A stretch of DNA of 63,552 nt, counting the filler, from Octopus bimaculoides (taxonomy: Eukaryota): NCBI RefSeq assembly GCF_001194135.2. It is 7 parts of 6 records of this genome, joined end to end, with 100 filler letters (N's around TTAATTAATTAA, not from the genome) between each part and the next. Parts side by side here need not be neighbours in the genome. Positions count along the whole stretch, not along the records: positions 1 to 12,641 come from NC_069000.1; positions 12,742 to 21,773 come from NC_068984.1; 5 more parts are not named here. One strand, written 5' to 3'. Below, in pieces: positions 1 to 15,158 of the stretch; position 1 is the first letter of the stretch; each line of letters opens with the position of its first letter. The notes beneath the pieces were generated by a model. The model saw only the letters and a list, made by a program, of their open reading frames with translations, ran no database searches and was not told the DNA's origin. The position numbers were made by a program, and so were the translations under genes.

Positions 1-1508
1 ATATATGTATGTATGTATGTGTGTGTGCGTGTGTGTGTGTGTGTGTATGTCTGTGCGTTTACATACACACACATGGTGTATATCCATTTTATGTGGATCA
101 AAAATATTGATTGAATATTTGACTCCTCATAATTGAAGTATACATTTGTTCGATCAACTGAATTATATTGTATTATCCTCTACTAACGTGAAGTCCAAGT
201 GCCTGAGCCATCTACCGTTGCGTGTATCCATTACATGATTGACAGGCCGAATCAGTGTGGCACTCCATGTGACAATGTCCTATTGCCTTTAAATTACGTA
301 CACAATGTATCTCAAGTGAACCACATTTAGTAGGTTTGATAATGAGAAGGGTCTCTTTGTCTTTGCTTCATTAAGAGTGACACTATCAACTGAATGATTG
401 TATCTATGTGTGTGTGTGTAACAGTGTGGTTTCATCATTATTGAACTAGATTACATAGGAAAAATGGCAATATTTGAAAGTAATATAAAATAAGAAAACG
501 AGATGTATCCAACAGCAGCAATAACAACAATAACACAGCAGCAGCAGCAACAACAATAAAAATATCAACAGCAATAGCAGTAACAGCCGCAAAAACAACA
601 ACAACAAAAGCAGCAGCAGCAACAACAACATCAATGACAAAGGCAATAACAACGTCTCGTAAATCACACCAAAACGTACTCTAAAAGTCTCATTACGTAA
701 CGTAACGTGAATTACGTCTGACATAAGTTTGTTTCCTTTTCAAATCTTTCTTTTGAATCGCAGATCATTCAAACGTGATTTATAAAATAATGCTGGACCG
801 ACGAATGGATTAAATACCTTCGTTGTGAATCATTGCATGTTTCCATCATGAAACTCAGTGAAAACTCAATGTAAAGTTAAACTGCGTATTTTGTTCTCAC
901 TTTCCTCTTTATGCTTCGTATTCAAATCATGCTCATTTGCATTAAAGCTGAGGAGATCAAATATAAGATTCTGCCTGTGTGCATTAGGTAGTTACAGTAA
1001 GCGTATCGAAATGCATTCACGCTTGCAAACATGTGCACATACATGCACACGCATGCACAATCTGAAGGCAAAATAACACGCACATACGAAAAGGTATAGA
1101 CATAAACATAAACACATACAGGCTCGCAGACACACATAAACACAAGCATACACTTGCACATGAACATGGTAAAGAGAATATGCAAATATTTTCCTTCCTG
1201 AAAATGTATTTAAAATCTTAGTGATCTTTTTATGTGTCGACGTTTATAGTTTATAATTAGCGGAACTATTTAAGTTTATACTGATTTATATAAACAAATC
1301 CATCAGGTCATCGCAAACACGCACACGCACGCATTCACATACACACACACACACACACACACACGTATATATATATGNNNNNNNNNNNNNNNNNNNNNNN
1401 NNNNNNNNNNNNNNNNNNNNNNNNNNNNNNNNNNNNNNNNNNNNNNNNNNNNNNNNNNNNNNNNNNNNNNNNNNNNNNNNNNNNNNNNNTATATGTACGT
1501 GTATATAT

Positions 1509-1548
<40 letters not shown>

Positions 1549-2229
1549 GTACGTGTGTATGTATGCATAAATATGATTGCGCAGGAGTGTATGTGAACGT
1601 GTCTACGTGTGCATGTGTGTTAAAATTACATGTGTGCATCTGACTCAAAAATCGATGTTTCGATGAATGATTTGATTGGAACCTGCAAAGTTAGCGTGTT
1701 TCAGTTGCTCTGCTGGTATTTCAACCACAGAGTGAAATAATCTTCACGAACGTGAGCTACACGCTTTATACGTTATAAGAAAGTGTAAATAAATATACAC
1801 ACGCAAGCGTCCGCTATCATGCACACGCACAAGCATTAAGACAGGCACGCGAGAACACGCACGCGTACAAAGGAATACGCGCGCACGCTCTCTCACACTC
1901 ACACACTCACACACATACGCATTTAAAGTATTAAGAAAGTACCATGTCACAAACTCGTTCATATACAGGAATGAAATACTGGAACATTCCGATACACGAA
2001 CACATTTTTACTGTAAGACAGTACATACATACATACATACATACATACATACATACACACAGACACAGAAGCTCACATTCGCACAGATATATATATATGC
2101 ATGTTCATTCCTGCGTACACATATAGATATACACGTAAATACATACATGTATTTCCTTTTATGACTTTGTGTATGCGCATATTACAAGAAATATATATAT
2201 ATATATATTTGTAGTAATATGTGCATATT

Positions 2230-2269
<40 letters not shown>

Positions 2270-3518
2270 CACATACATGTATATAGTACTCGTATTATAC
2301 GTCTCTGTGTATATAAATATATGTATGGATATGCATGGAGATGATGTAGAGGATTGTATGCGTTTGCATTTCCTTATATGCAACTCTTTATATATCGGTG
2401 TATCATCTGTTTCTTTACCTCTCCATCTACCTATATATACATATATGTATATATATATATATACAATTGTATATATAACTATATATATGTGTCTGTTTGT
2501 GTGTATATATAGACACATATATATGTATGTATATGTATATATATATATATATATATACGTATAAAAAGAAAAAGAGAGTATATATATATATATATAATGT
2601 ATAGATATATATTTATACATATATAAATATATATATGCATATGCGTACATACACACACTCTCATACACAGACACACACACATACATATATATATACAAGC
2701 GCCTGCATACCCACATGCATACACATCATTCATGCAGNNNNNNNNNNNNNNNNNNNNNNNNNNNNNNNNNNNNNNNNNNNNNNNNNNNNNNNNNNNNNNN
2801 NNNNNNNNNNNNNNNNNNNNNNNNNNNNNNNNNNNNNNNNNNNNNNNNNNNNNNNNNNNNNNNNNNNNNNNNNNNNNNNNNNNNNNNNNNNNNNNNNNNN
2901 NNNNNNNNNNNNNNNNNNNNNNNNNNNNNNNNNNNNNNNNNNNNNNNNNNNNNNNNNNNNNNNNNNNNNNNNNNNNNNNNNNNNNNNNNNNNNNNNNNNN
3001 NNNNNNNNNNNNNNNNNNNNNNNNNNNNNNNNNNNNNNNNNNNNNNNNNNNNNNNNNNNNNNNNNNNNNNNNNNNNNNNNNNNNNNNNNNNNNNNNNNNN
3101 NNNNNNNNNNNNNNNNNNNNNNNNNNNNNNNNNNNNNNNNNNNNNNNNNNNNNNNNNNNNNNNNNNNNNNNNNNNNNNNNNNNNNNNNNNNNNNNNNNNN
3201 NNNNNNNNNNNNNNNNNNNNNNNNNNNNNNNNNNNNNNNNNNNNNNNNNNNNNNNNNNNNNNNNNNNNNNNNNNNNNNNNNNNNNNNNNNNNNNNNNNNN
3301 NNNNNNNNNNNNNNNNNNNNNNNNNNNNNNNNNNNNNNNNNNNNNNNNNNNNNNNNNNNNNNNNNNNNNNNNNNNNNNNNNNNNNNNNNNNNNNNNNNNN
3401 NNNNNNNNNNNNNNNNNNNNNNNNNNNNNNNNNNNNNNNNNNNNNNATATATATATATATACACACATGCAAACGCACACACATATTAATGACAGATATA
3501 TAACTATACATACATACA

Positions 3519-3551
<33 letters not shown>

Positions 3552-4380
3552 GACAAAAGTGAGAAAACAGAAGTTCGAGAAGGAATATATAAATAGACAA
3601 TTCTAACAATAGACGTGAAAATTTATTTTTAAAAATTGGTAAAGAATTCCTGAAAAATATAGGATGGAAGATGTAAACGCAAGATTAAATAACATTGACA
3701 CTGCAGAACCAGGAAACTGCTCGTATACACGCACGCACACACACACAGACACACGCATATATATATATATGTGTGTGTGTGTATGTGTGTGTGTGTATGC
3801 GTGTGTGTCTGTGTACGTATATGTAGATAGATGTACTTATATGTATACATATATATGTACGTATATGTATATATATATATATATATATATACAATTGTAT
3901 ATATAACTATATATATGCGTCTGTTTGTGTGTATATATAGACACATATATATGTATGTATATGTATATATATATATATATATACGTATAAAAAGAAAAAG
4001 AGAGTATATATATGAATATATATAATGTATAGATATATATTTATGCATATATAAATATATATATGCATATGCGTACATACACACACTCTCATACACAGAC
4101 ACACACACATACATATATATATACAAGTGCCTGCATACCCACATGCATACACATCATTCATGCAGACTTCATTCAACAATAAAATTATATAATGTCATTA
4201 TGGCAAAGAAATGGGGTTTTTCAAATCTGGTTTAATGTTCCTCCAAATGGAATTACCGAGTCGTGTGAGTGATAAGTTTTAGCAATGAACCAAGCGAATG
4301 CTATTTGGCGTGTTAAAGATATAGTAGAAGAAGTGATATCAAAATAAAATTAAACAAATAAAATTTGCATACATACATAC

Positions 4381-4429
<49 letters not shown>

Positions 4430-4689
4430 NNNNNNNNNNNNNNNNNNNNNNNNNNNNNTATATGTGCATATATATGCGTGTATATATATATATGCATATA
4501 TAGATGTGTGAATGTGTGTTTGTGTGTGGGTGTGTGTGTTTGTGTGAACACTTTCACATAACATATATTCTACAATTGGGTTATTACGTGATGGATTTGG
4601 TGTTCAAGACATTACACTTGCTGTGATTCTATATATATTTAAAGTGAAACAATGGAAAAAATAAAACACGATAACTTTACCAAGATATT

Positions 4690-4821
4690 GCTTCTTTATT
4701 ATTATTATCATTATTGTTATCATCTTCATTATTATTAGTGTTGTTGTTGTTGTTATTGTTGTTCTTGGCGGTGTTTGTTGATTCTTTGTTATCACCATTT
4801 TTAGGATTATCATTATTAAAA

Positions 4822-4853
<32 letters not shown>

Positions 4854-4894
4854 ATTATCATTATTATTATTGCTATTATTGTTTATTATTACTC

Positions 4895-4954
<60 letters not shown>

Positions 4955-4961
4955 TTAAAAT

Positions 4962-5010
<49 letters not shown>
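4690..5010. repeat. Compound trinucleotide microsatellite (TTA/TTG/TTC/AAT)n
   Basis: Seen directly. Similar arrays at 5950-6075, 6230-6480, 51898-52012 and 58657-58750. Confidence 0.97.
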
Positions 5011-5011
<1 letters not shown>

Positions 5012-5013
<2 letters not shown>

Positions 5014-5950
5014 CCTTGGTATAAAAGATGGACTATAGCAAATATTCTGCTCAATACCACAAATTTTCTTGCCAGTTGTTTAACCTTAACAAGTTGAGCT
5101 TGTCCCTTGGTGGCTGACGATATACGCATCTCTGATCACGAGCAGAAGTCATAGGGGATTATTATATGAATGTCTTGAGTGGAATTCTTTGGGATTTGAA
5201 TAATTCACTTCTGGAAGCATGCTTGTTTCTTTCATCTTCCTTAAATGAACCTTACTCACGGACATTTTGAGCTGGATCAGCTGCTGAACCTGAACAAAAT
5301 TTAAACTGAACCCCACCTGCGGGGTCATGCACTGTTTATCTTAATAAAAGGTCATCATATCGCCCACATATGGCTGTGATACACGCGCCTAGTGTAATCT
5401 TATCAGACAAGTTGTGTTTCGTATAATTGTAGTCCAGTGTCACTTTAATGACATGCGCTGCTATCATGTACATTGTTTTGATTGGTATAAAAGATGAGCT
5501 ACAACAAATATTCTGCTCAATATCATAAATTTGCTTGTCGGTTGCTTGACGTTAGCTAGTTGAGCATGTTACTTCTTGGCTGACGATATGTGCATCTCTG
5601 ATCACGTGTAGAAGTAGTGAGGGAACATCATAGCCATATCTTGAGAGGAACTCTTTGGGGGTTGAATAATTCACCTTTGGAAACATGGGTGTTTTGTTCA
5701 TCATCCTTAAACAACCCTTATTTAGGGACCTTTTGAGTGGGATGGCTACTCGATCTGAAGAAAATTCTAACTGGTTCCTACCTGCAAGGTCACGCACTGT
5801 TTATCTTGATATGAGATCACCATTTCACGCACATATGCTTGTAATGGATGTGCCTGGTGAACCCTTATCAGACGGTAGTCATGATTGGTATACTGGGCTT
5901 CGTATATTTTACCTTAGTCTCACTTTGATGGTGTGCACTGCTCCCTCACT
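5012..5950 (-). repeat. Tandem dimer (~466-bp period) of an interspersed repeat with an (ATT)n tail; third copy at 52012-52375
   Basis: TTGGTATAAAAGATG...CAAATATTCTGCTCAAT...CATCTCTGATCACG...GAATAATTCAC occurs near 5016, 5482 and 52080. Confidence 0.8.
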
Positions 5951-5956
5951 TAATAA

Positions 5957-6049
<93 letters not shown>

Positions 6050-6263
6050 TAATAAAAATAATAATAATAATAATAAATTAGTTGTATGGTTGAAACTGTA
6101 GAACAGCGGAAAATGCTATGTCTTCGGTGCCTTAATGTTATAAGTTCACATGCTACTGGGCTCAAATTTAACGGTCTACCTTCCAGGGAAAGAAATTTAA
6201 AAAACTTGCTAGCCAAGTGCCAAATTTTGAAATTATTATTGTTATTGTTGTTATTATTATAAC

Positions 6264-6332
<69 letters not shown>

Positions 6333-6358
6333 GATTATTATTATTATTGTTATTATTA

Positions 6359-6425
<67 letters not shown>

Positions 6426-8494
6426 CATCATCATCATCGTCGTCGTTGTTGTCGTCGTCATCATCATCATTATTTTATTAATTGACTGAATCGTTAGAAC
6501 CTCTGAATATGCCTGATAGATTCTGCCGGTTCTTTACTTTCAGCGTTGAAATCCTGCCGAATTTAATATTTCATTTAATCTCTCTGGTATCGATAAATTT
6601 AAAATGTAATCACGTTCAACCCTCTGTTTAATCGACCAAATCCCTCTATCGGGATTTCTTGCATTGTGTCTATGTATGTTAGAGACTATGGAACGTGATA
6701 CATAGGCACAACCGTTAGAGTGTCAGAGAAAGTTTCTCATGATATTTGTTCTGTATTTTAAAATCCTAACTTAGTCAACATTATTGTGAAAATCTATTCG
6801 CTTTTCATCATTCTGGGATTCATAAAATGATGTATCAGTTAACTTCTATCCTCAACTCCCTCGACTTGTTTGTCCCGTACAAAATTCTGTCCTTCTACCT
6901 ACATTGAAAATCATCTTTCTTGTTGATGTTATCATTGTTGTTACTGTTGTTATTTTATTTCCTGTTGTTGCTCTGGTGACAAAAATGTCTACTACGCGAA
7001 ACTAAATGTACTACGTGCAAAAAATGATTACAAATGAAAGAAACAATATCTTAGAAAGAAACTGTCAAAATATTTACTCATCCAATCTGCTTTCACAAAT
7101 CTCAGGATGATTCAACCAATTCAAATTGCAACCACGTCCAACAGCAAACAGTTACAATTTCATTAGAACCACTTAGTTATCTCGAAACTCAAATGCTTAG
7201 TTGAAAATATTGTTCATGCTGTAGTTGATATCTGACTGCACACCTTGGGCACATATTTGACTTATATGTCCAAATTCTGATGTAATGAATATAAATATAA
7301 ATTTCACAAAAGTCTCTCTAAAATGTTGTCTAGAAATTGACATATTATCTAACAAAAAACAACCGACTATGTTTTATAGGCGTAGTCGTGACTGTATAGT
7401 AAGAAGCTTGCTTCCCAACCACACACTTCAGGGTTCAATAACACAACGTAGCATCTTGCGCAAGTGCTTTCTACTATAATCTCTGTGTGTCTCTCTTCCG
7501 TTCTCTCACTCTTTCTCTCTCTCTCTTCCTCTCTCAGCAATGATTAATTCCAGTAAAAAATAAAAGATAGAATATCACTTCAAATTTAAAATCTCTAGTC
7601 AAATCATAGTCTGTATAACCATTGCACATCTGAGACGTTTGAAATAAAATATTGCCAAACTACCTCTCCTCCCTCATCATATTCATTTTATCTTGTTGCA
7701 CACATAAAATATTCAAGATTATTTGATTTCTTAACCGAACATGTAGTAAAATAATTGAAGTAGCATAGTATACAAACGCACTTAGAATTTAAGAAATAAA
7801 TCCTTTTGAACATACTAACTTTCCAGCTGTGTCATCCAACATTTTTCATCACATTTTCCACCATTCTGTCTACAGATATTACGTCATCACAACTCCTTTG
7901 ATATACATATTCCTATCCATTGCCATTGTAAATTCAGTGACAGCCTCCCAAATCCACTAACAAGGTTTTGGTCGGCCGGAGAAAACACTTGCAACGTTTT
8001 GAACATTTATATTGTAGTAAATCATGGCATTCAAGTTCTAAACTACTTCCAATGCAAGGTAACATTCATAGAAAGCGTACGAACATGCATATATACAAAT
8101 AGAAAAACATTAACAAACACTAATGCGAATATATGTGCTTATACACCTACATACAAAATCATAGTTATATAGATATATGGAAAGTCTCACTCACACATTG
8201 ATGAACAGATGTATAGGTTAACATAAGGGTTAATAGGTATGCATTGGTGAGAAAAGTAGAACAAAGCACAAATATCTACTCCGTCTCTTTTCGTCATGTT
8301 TTCCCATCATTTTGTAGACTTTTAGTCAATTTAAACCGATGGCCAGTGATCCGAAAAACCAAGTCAAGCGAAACAGAAGTACATTAGTCAACACAAATTC
8401 CATAAAATTTGATTTACTCTACTAAAATGTGCATCGACTTCTTATTCTGTAGCCTTTGGTCAAAACTGCTGTAATGAACGATCACAAACACACA

Positions 8495-8545
8495 GGCGAA
8501 TACACACACACTCACTCACACACACACACAAACACACACACGCAC

Positions 8546-8640
<95 letters not shown>
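8495..8640. repeat. (CA)n microsatellite
   Basis: Seen directly. Many further (CA)n/(TA)n/(TACA)n/(GA)n tracts occur throughout, for example 24670-24735, 26915-26965, 59915-60015 and 63340-63430. Confidence 0.97.
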
Positions 8641-8644
<4 letters not shown>

Positions 8645-11600
8645 CGCAAGCATGCACGCACTCATATCTACATACACATGCGCACATACGCACGTAAATA
8701 AGCAAACAGACTGACATAAGGCTAGAAAGATAAGGATCTAGATATATCATGGAACCAGTTGTATTTCATACTAATGCATAGGCGAGCCTGTATATTTATA
8801 TATGCATGTATATATGTAAATCTATCTATCTATATATATATATATATATACATACACACATAATATATTTACATACTTACAAAAATACAGATTTGTAGAT
8901 ATATACATACATATATGCATACAAATACACGCACACATACATGTATATATACAGAGAGAAACGAAGGGAGAGAGAAAGAAAGAAAGAGGAAATGCAGCCA
9001 GAGAGGAATACATATATACTTATGTTTTCTGTGAGAGTGTGCTAGATAACTATACTTCTGCAATGAATGTGCTTAACCAAACTACTAGTTAAAGCAGCAA
9101 ATCGATTTTATAATACACCTAAGCATCGTCAAAAAAAAAAATGAAATATTGTATAATGTAATGCTGAACAAAAGTCGGAATGATAAAGGCAGGAATGCCT
9201 TACTTTATATGTCTGTTGTACCTGGCCTGACCTGTTGCTAAAGATCACCACTAAGAGCAATATATATATTATATGAACATTGGAATATATTGTAGATATG
9301 TCATATCATAAACTGGGTTCTAGTATATATTAAATGATAAATTTCATTTTAGGATTATATTAAACGACATTGAAGACTCTTCAATACTTCAGTGAGGTGT
9401 AATGTAGATAGAAGTAGGAATTTCCTGTCGCAGATCATCTGAGCCTCTAGTTCGACCTAGCACAACAAATGGCATATAAATCATTAGTCAATCATTTACT
9501 CCTGTCTTAAACATTCATTTCTACTACGTGCACAAGGCTTAAATGTGAGGGGTGGTCGAGTACTTCGACTCCAGTCCGGTGCTCAGCTGGTACTGATTTT
9601 ATCAAACCAGAAAGGGTGAAGGCAAAGTCGACCTTTGTGGAATTTGAACTTTGCACGTAAAACTGGAAGAAATACCGCTAAGAACTTTGTACGGTGCGGT
9701 AACATTTCTGCCAAATCACCGCCTTGTTTTAGATAATGCATCTATATATATCAGATAATTTAATCTTCCATACGCTGTTTTGGAAAAACTTTATTCTCAA
9801 ACACTTATGCTCGATCAGAGCAAATGGAAAACGTTTATGCACGATCAGAGAGACCTACCATTAAATAATAACAGAAAAATAATACCCTACAACAATAGAC
9901 TCTACAATATCTGCCATATTCTACTCTATAAATCGCCCATGTACCCTGAATCTGCAGTACCTTTCCTCCATACTAAATTTCTTTACTTTTATATGACGCT
10001 ATATTTTATCACACATACGCAACTCAGTATTTTTTTACATTTATGTTTCTTACACTACACGTTTCACTTGAATTGCACGACACCGAATTTTAGTGACGCG
10101 TCGTCTTTCCTCAATCCTTTCATTCACGTCCACTATACACTTTCTTGCGCCAGTAAATAGAAGAACTCTGCATGTCCTGTCTCTTGTTGAGTCGGTGGTT
10201 GACCCTTCCTGACAATCAACTCAGACGATATTCGGATTCCACCAACACGCAATAACAACTGTTCGACATAATTTCATAAGTCAGCAACAATCGGAAACTG
10301 CGCGAGTGCATGCAGTGCAGTTTCACCACTCTTTGCGCATCTCGCATTGTCCTTTCCGTTGGAACCTCTATGCTTGTAGTGTTTACCTCAAACCAGCGGT
10401 TTTCCCTCGTAGCAAACAATGATATACAGGAGTGGCCAGAAATGGAAAGTCTATGATCGTAACTATCGACGATCAGAGCAGAGCCGGAACTAAACGACTA
10501 TAAAAACAGTAGGACAAAACGTATAAATGAAACATCAATATTTGATATGATGTGTATATGAATGAATTCTCGCTATTGTTCTTATAAAACCCATGAATAA
10601 AACCAGAATAACACCAACAATAACGAAAACACGAACATCAACTCCACTAACAATACATAACAATATCAAGGAGACAACAATAGCGAGAGGATCAAGAACA
10701 TCAATAACAGCAACAACTAGAACAACATGAATAATAATACTTCTGATTTATTAATATATGCGTCTGTTTAGTACAGCTTAATGTTTATATATTTCCAGTT
10801 AACACACTATGAGACAGTCTGCCTCAAAAATTCAGTCTTCTCCTCTCCCCTCACGTCTTTGTCTCCTTTTCTGTGTCTCCCTTACACGCCTCATATAAAC
10901 AAAATGCATACACACACGGGTATACTACTCAGACAGTTTTCAACCAGTGTCAGTTCTTCAATATGTACAGTTTTTTTATCCATGATATTTCGTTAAAAAA
11001 AGTAATTCTTCCCTTCCCTTTCAGCATATCGCCTAGCGTTCCCATCGTTATCTTCTCCATGCACTCTTCTCAAACATAATACAATTAGTCTTACACATCC
11101 TCCCTCGACATCCTAAATGTTTCAAATAATTACACGACATCTACACCCCCATGACTGCACACTTCCACACACATTCATCTCAAGAAATAGCATGCATACC
11201 ATACAAGCACCAATTGCACATACAAAATCCCTATACACGGAAACTCACACCGATACAGGCACACGTTACTCCACTTCCTCGGCCCTTCTAACATGGCCCG
11301 TATTTTAGAACCACCTTTTTAAAAATTTCCACACCTGTTTTTCTTCTTCCTATATATTCATTCTGATGCAAAACTTGAGTCCGAAACGTCAAAACACTTT
11401 TCCTCTTTTTTAACACTTAGACTAATCAATCACGTGTTAAAAGTAACCCCGACCCGGTGCTGTTTTTTGTATNNNNNNNNNNNNNNNNNNNNNNNNNNNN
11501 NNNNNNNNNNNNNNNNNNNNNNNNNNNNNNNNNNNNNNNNNNNNNNNNNNNNNNNNNNNNNNNNNNNNNNNNNNNNNNNNNNNNNNNNNNNNNNNNNNNN

Positions 11601-12564
11601 NNNNNNNNNNNNNNNNNNNNNNNNNNNNNNNNNNNNNNNNNNNNNNNNNNNNNNNNNNNNNNNNNNNNNNNNNNNNNNNNNNNNNNNNNNNNNNNNNNNN
11701 NNNNNNNNNNNNNNNNNNNNNNNNNNNNNNNNNNNNNNNNNNNNNNNNNNNNNNNNNNNNNNNNNNNNNNNNNNNNNNNNNNNNNNNNNNNNNNNNNNNN
11801 NNNNNNNNNNNNNNNNNNNNNNNNNNNNNNNNNNNNNNNNNNNNNNNNNNNNNNNNNNNNNNNNNNNNNNNNNNNNNNNNNNNNNNNNNNNNNNNNNNNN
11901 NNNNNNNNNNNNNNNNNNNNNNNNNNNNNNNNNNNNNNNNNNNNNNNNNNNNNNNNNNNNNNNNNNNNNNNNNNNNNNNNNNNNNNNNNNNNNNNNNNNN
12001 NNNNNNNNNNNNNNNNNNNNNNNNNNNNNNNNNNNNNNNNNNNNNNNNNNNNNNNNNNNNNNNNNNNNNNNNNNNNNNNNNNNNNNNNNNNNNNNNNNNN
12101 NNNNNNNNNNNNNNNNNNNNNNNNNNNNNNNNNNNNNNNNNNNNNNNNNNNNNNNNNNNNNNNNNNNNNNNNNNNNNNNNNNNNNNNNNNNNNNNNNNNN
12201 NNNNNNNNNNNNNNNNNNNNNNNNNNNNNNNNNNNNNNNNNNNNATATATATATATATATATATATAGGTTTGTATTTGTGTGTGAATTTCATTACGACT
12301 TTATAATTATTATCATTTTATTGTATCTTAAAATGATGTTTTCCTTGTAGAAGATGCACACGTTACAACGCGCAGATTCAGTACATGAATCTGACCCGAG
12401 TATTGCGGACCCGAATTCTGAAAAATGGAACAGGGATATATTTCAAAGAATTTCACATACAAACGTGAATACGTACGCAGATTTTTACGCCTACGTGGAT
12501 AAATGTTACAAACCATGACAAATTCATTGATACGTAGACAAATTGATGGAGGTCAAATAGGTAG

Positions 12565-12625
<61 letters not shown>

Positions 12626-12641
12626 CAGAGTGTGAGGGAGA

Positions 12642-12741
12642 NNNNNNNNNNNNNNNNNNNNNNNNNNNNNNNNNNNNNNNNNNNNTTAATTAATTAANNN
12701 NNNNNNNNNNNNNNNNNNNNNNNNNNNNNNNNNNNNNNNNN
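12642..12741. other. Assembly placeholder gap N44-TTAATTAATTAA-N44
   Basis: The same 100-bp construct occurs at 21774-21873, 35502-35601, 47096-47195, 58955-59054 and 62253-62352. The 12-mer places stop codons in all six frames. Confidence 0.95.
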
Positions 12742-12788
<47 letters not shown>

Positions 12789-13270
12789 CAAGTATATATT
12801 TACGTGCATATATATATATACATATATATATATATACACATACATACAAGTATATATTTACATGCATATATATATATATACACATTTACATACATAAACT
12901 AAACATATATATATACATATCAACACACACACACACACAAATATACACATGTATACATATTTACATAGACACAAACAGCCGTACACACATACAACACACG
13001 GACACGTGAATGGATGGATAGACAAACAGACAGACACACACACACTCTTTCTCTCTAACATTCAATGGTAGTAACACTAACGGCAGTAAGTGTGCCAGTC
13101 GTTCACCCAGTTGAAATCCCTACTCAATTGAATTTGAGAATAAATTGTTGAGTAATCCACAGGCAAGTGTATCGTTAACTACAGAAACAACAATACCCTG
13201 TATAGCACAGGACTAGTCTCTTCAATTGTAAAAACTCTCTCGCACACATGCATGCATGCATGCATGCATA

Positions 13271-13313
<43 letters not shown>

Positions 13314-13319
13314 GTTAAA

Positions 13320-14700
13320 AGTTAAGAGGTTACCCCAAAACGATTGCCAGTTTGCTCTGTTGGGTTTTCAAAATATGTTATTCAGCAGTTAACATATAAA
13401 TCCTATAAAGTTAGAGGAATATTCCGTTGGGTAATTCTGAATATATTTCCTTAATCATATAGGTTTCCTTGAGTATAAATACAAACAATATCAAAAATAA
13501 GGTATTACTCCGAAGTAGCAATAGCATTATCTTTAATTCTATAATTATATACCACCTTTTAAGACCAACACAGGTTGCACTGATTAGTAATCGTTGCAAT
13601 TGCAACCCTGCTATAAAACGGTGCAGTCTCTTCAGGGTCTCACCTTGACATCCCTCAGTATGGCCGTTCAATGGTTTTCTTTTATAAACCCTGCGTTGTA
13701 TAGTTTAGAGCTGTCCATTAAGTCAGACGCAAACAATCTCTATTTCAAGTTCTTACTGGATAATCATTTTCAGTCTATCATTTCAAAACCTTGAATAGTT
13801 TAAATGATAATTATCTCATGAGCAAGCATCTCAATGCTTGCTCCTGTCTAGAATTTATTACATTACCCTCGGATGTGAAAATCCTGTAAAATTCTTCTAA
13901 CCATAAGTCACATCTATTGATTCCAGATTTGAAAGAGTTTGTAGTACAAATTAATTCCCATTTAATCGTATAGTCCTTGTTACTGTCCTTACAAGACCAG
14001 ATTAATTTGCTAAGATTCATTTGGAACCTTTAATTTTTGTCTTTGAACGAATTCAAATGATTTGCTAGTCTACTCTTGAAATTTAATGATGTCTCACCGA
14101 TGTAACTATACATTTATATATTACATTTTTAATTTTACATTTATTTTCCACGTAACAGGGTTTCGCTTAGAACAACTGCAAAGATAGGCTTCTAGATTTC
14201 CCTCAGATTTAGTCTCAATTTGATCATTCATTGTAGAATTAAATTCATTTCTACCAAGTTCTTTATTGCTATTTGCTCCATTAGATAACGTTACCTTTGT
14301 TCTATTTCTAGCTGAATTTTTATTCCACTTGACAATTATTATGTCAAATTGGGTTGTTTCCCTTCCCACAGCATTTAATTTCTTAGCGTCCCTTTCTATT
14401 TGAGTTCCTTTATTCCGTTTGAGTTATTTTGCTTCGAATTTATTACGCCATTCTGATTGTAATCGCTTTTTTTGAAATTTCGATATTATTTCAATATTAG
14501 GTGCTGCTATAATTTATGCAATATTACGGCTAAGACAATAACCTGATATAATCCTATGTCGATTAAAAATTTTGTAATATTTGTGATTTCTTGGAAAATA
14601 TATTTGAATTGCTATATTAAACAATTTGGAAAAATTGTAATTGAGCCGTTTACCAAATGAAATGATTAACTATAGAGTATTCTTCGAGTTAATATCATAA
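13320..14700 (-). mobile_element. Penelope-like retroelement, 3' remnant (RT-linker/GIY-YIG endonuclease region plus 3' pLTR)
   Basis: Minus-strand pieces ...YFPRNHKYYKIFNR..., CSCSKRNP..., LSKLIWSCKDSNKDYTIKWELICTTNSFKSGINRCDLWLEE... resemble the PLE C-terminal GIY-YIG region (LSKYIW.LK...IKW...RC.LCL.EK). Many stops. Confidence 0.75.
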
Positions 14701-14724
14701 TTTTAGCGTTTATACACGTTTATA

Positions 14725-15158
14725 CAGACCTGGAACCAACAGATGTGGCTTATGTTAAGAAGAGTCTTACAGGATTTTCACATTCAAGGGTAATGTAATA
14801 AATTCTAGACAGGAGCAAGCATTGAGATGCTTGCTCATGAGATAATTCACATTTGCGAAGTATAAATGAATAATTATTATTTAAACTATTCAAGGTTTTG
14901 AAATGATAGACTGAAAATGATTATCCAGTAAGAACTTGAAATAGAGATTGTTTGCGTCTGACTTAATGGACAGCTCTAAACTATACAACGCAGGGTTTAT
15001 AAAAGAAAATCATTAAATGGCCATACCGAGGTATGTCAAGGTAAGACCCTGAAGAGACTGCACCATTTTATAGCAGGGTTGCAATTGCAACGATTACTAA
15101 TCAGTGCAACCTGTGTTGGTCTTAAAAGGTGGTATATAATTATAGAATTAAAGATAAT
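14725..15158 (+). repeat. Inverted copy of the Penelope-like 3' end (inverted pseudo-LTR), running into a gap
   Basis: Reverse complement of about 13526-13930 with scattered substitutions and a ~25-bp insertion near 14846-14870. Confidence 0.85.

Noticed and set aside
11363-11390. Hammerhead-like remnant CTGATGC...GAGTCC-GAAACGTC
   Set aside because: Core mismatch (CTGATGC), helix II does not pair and helix I is weak. At best a dead PLE-type motif.
12686-12697. TTAATTAATTAA islands inside N runs (six occurrences)
   Set aside because: Each sits exactly between two N44 runs. It is an artificial six-frame-stop scaffolding linker, not genomic sequence.
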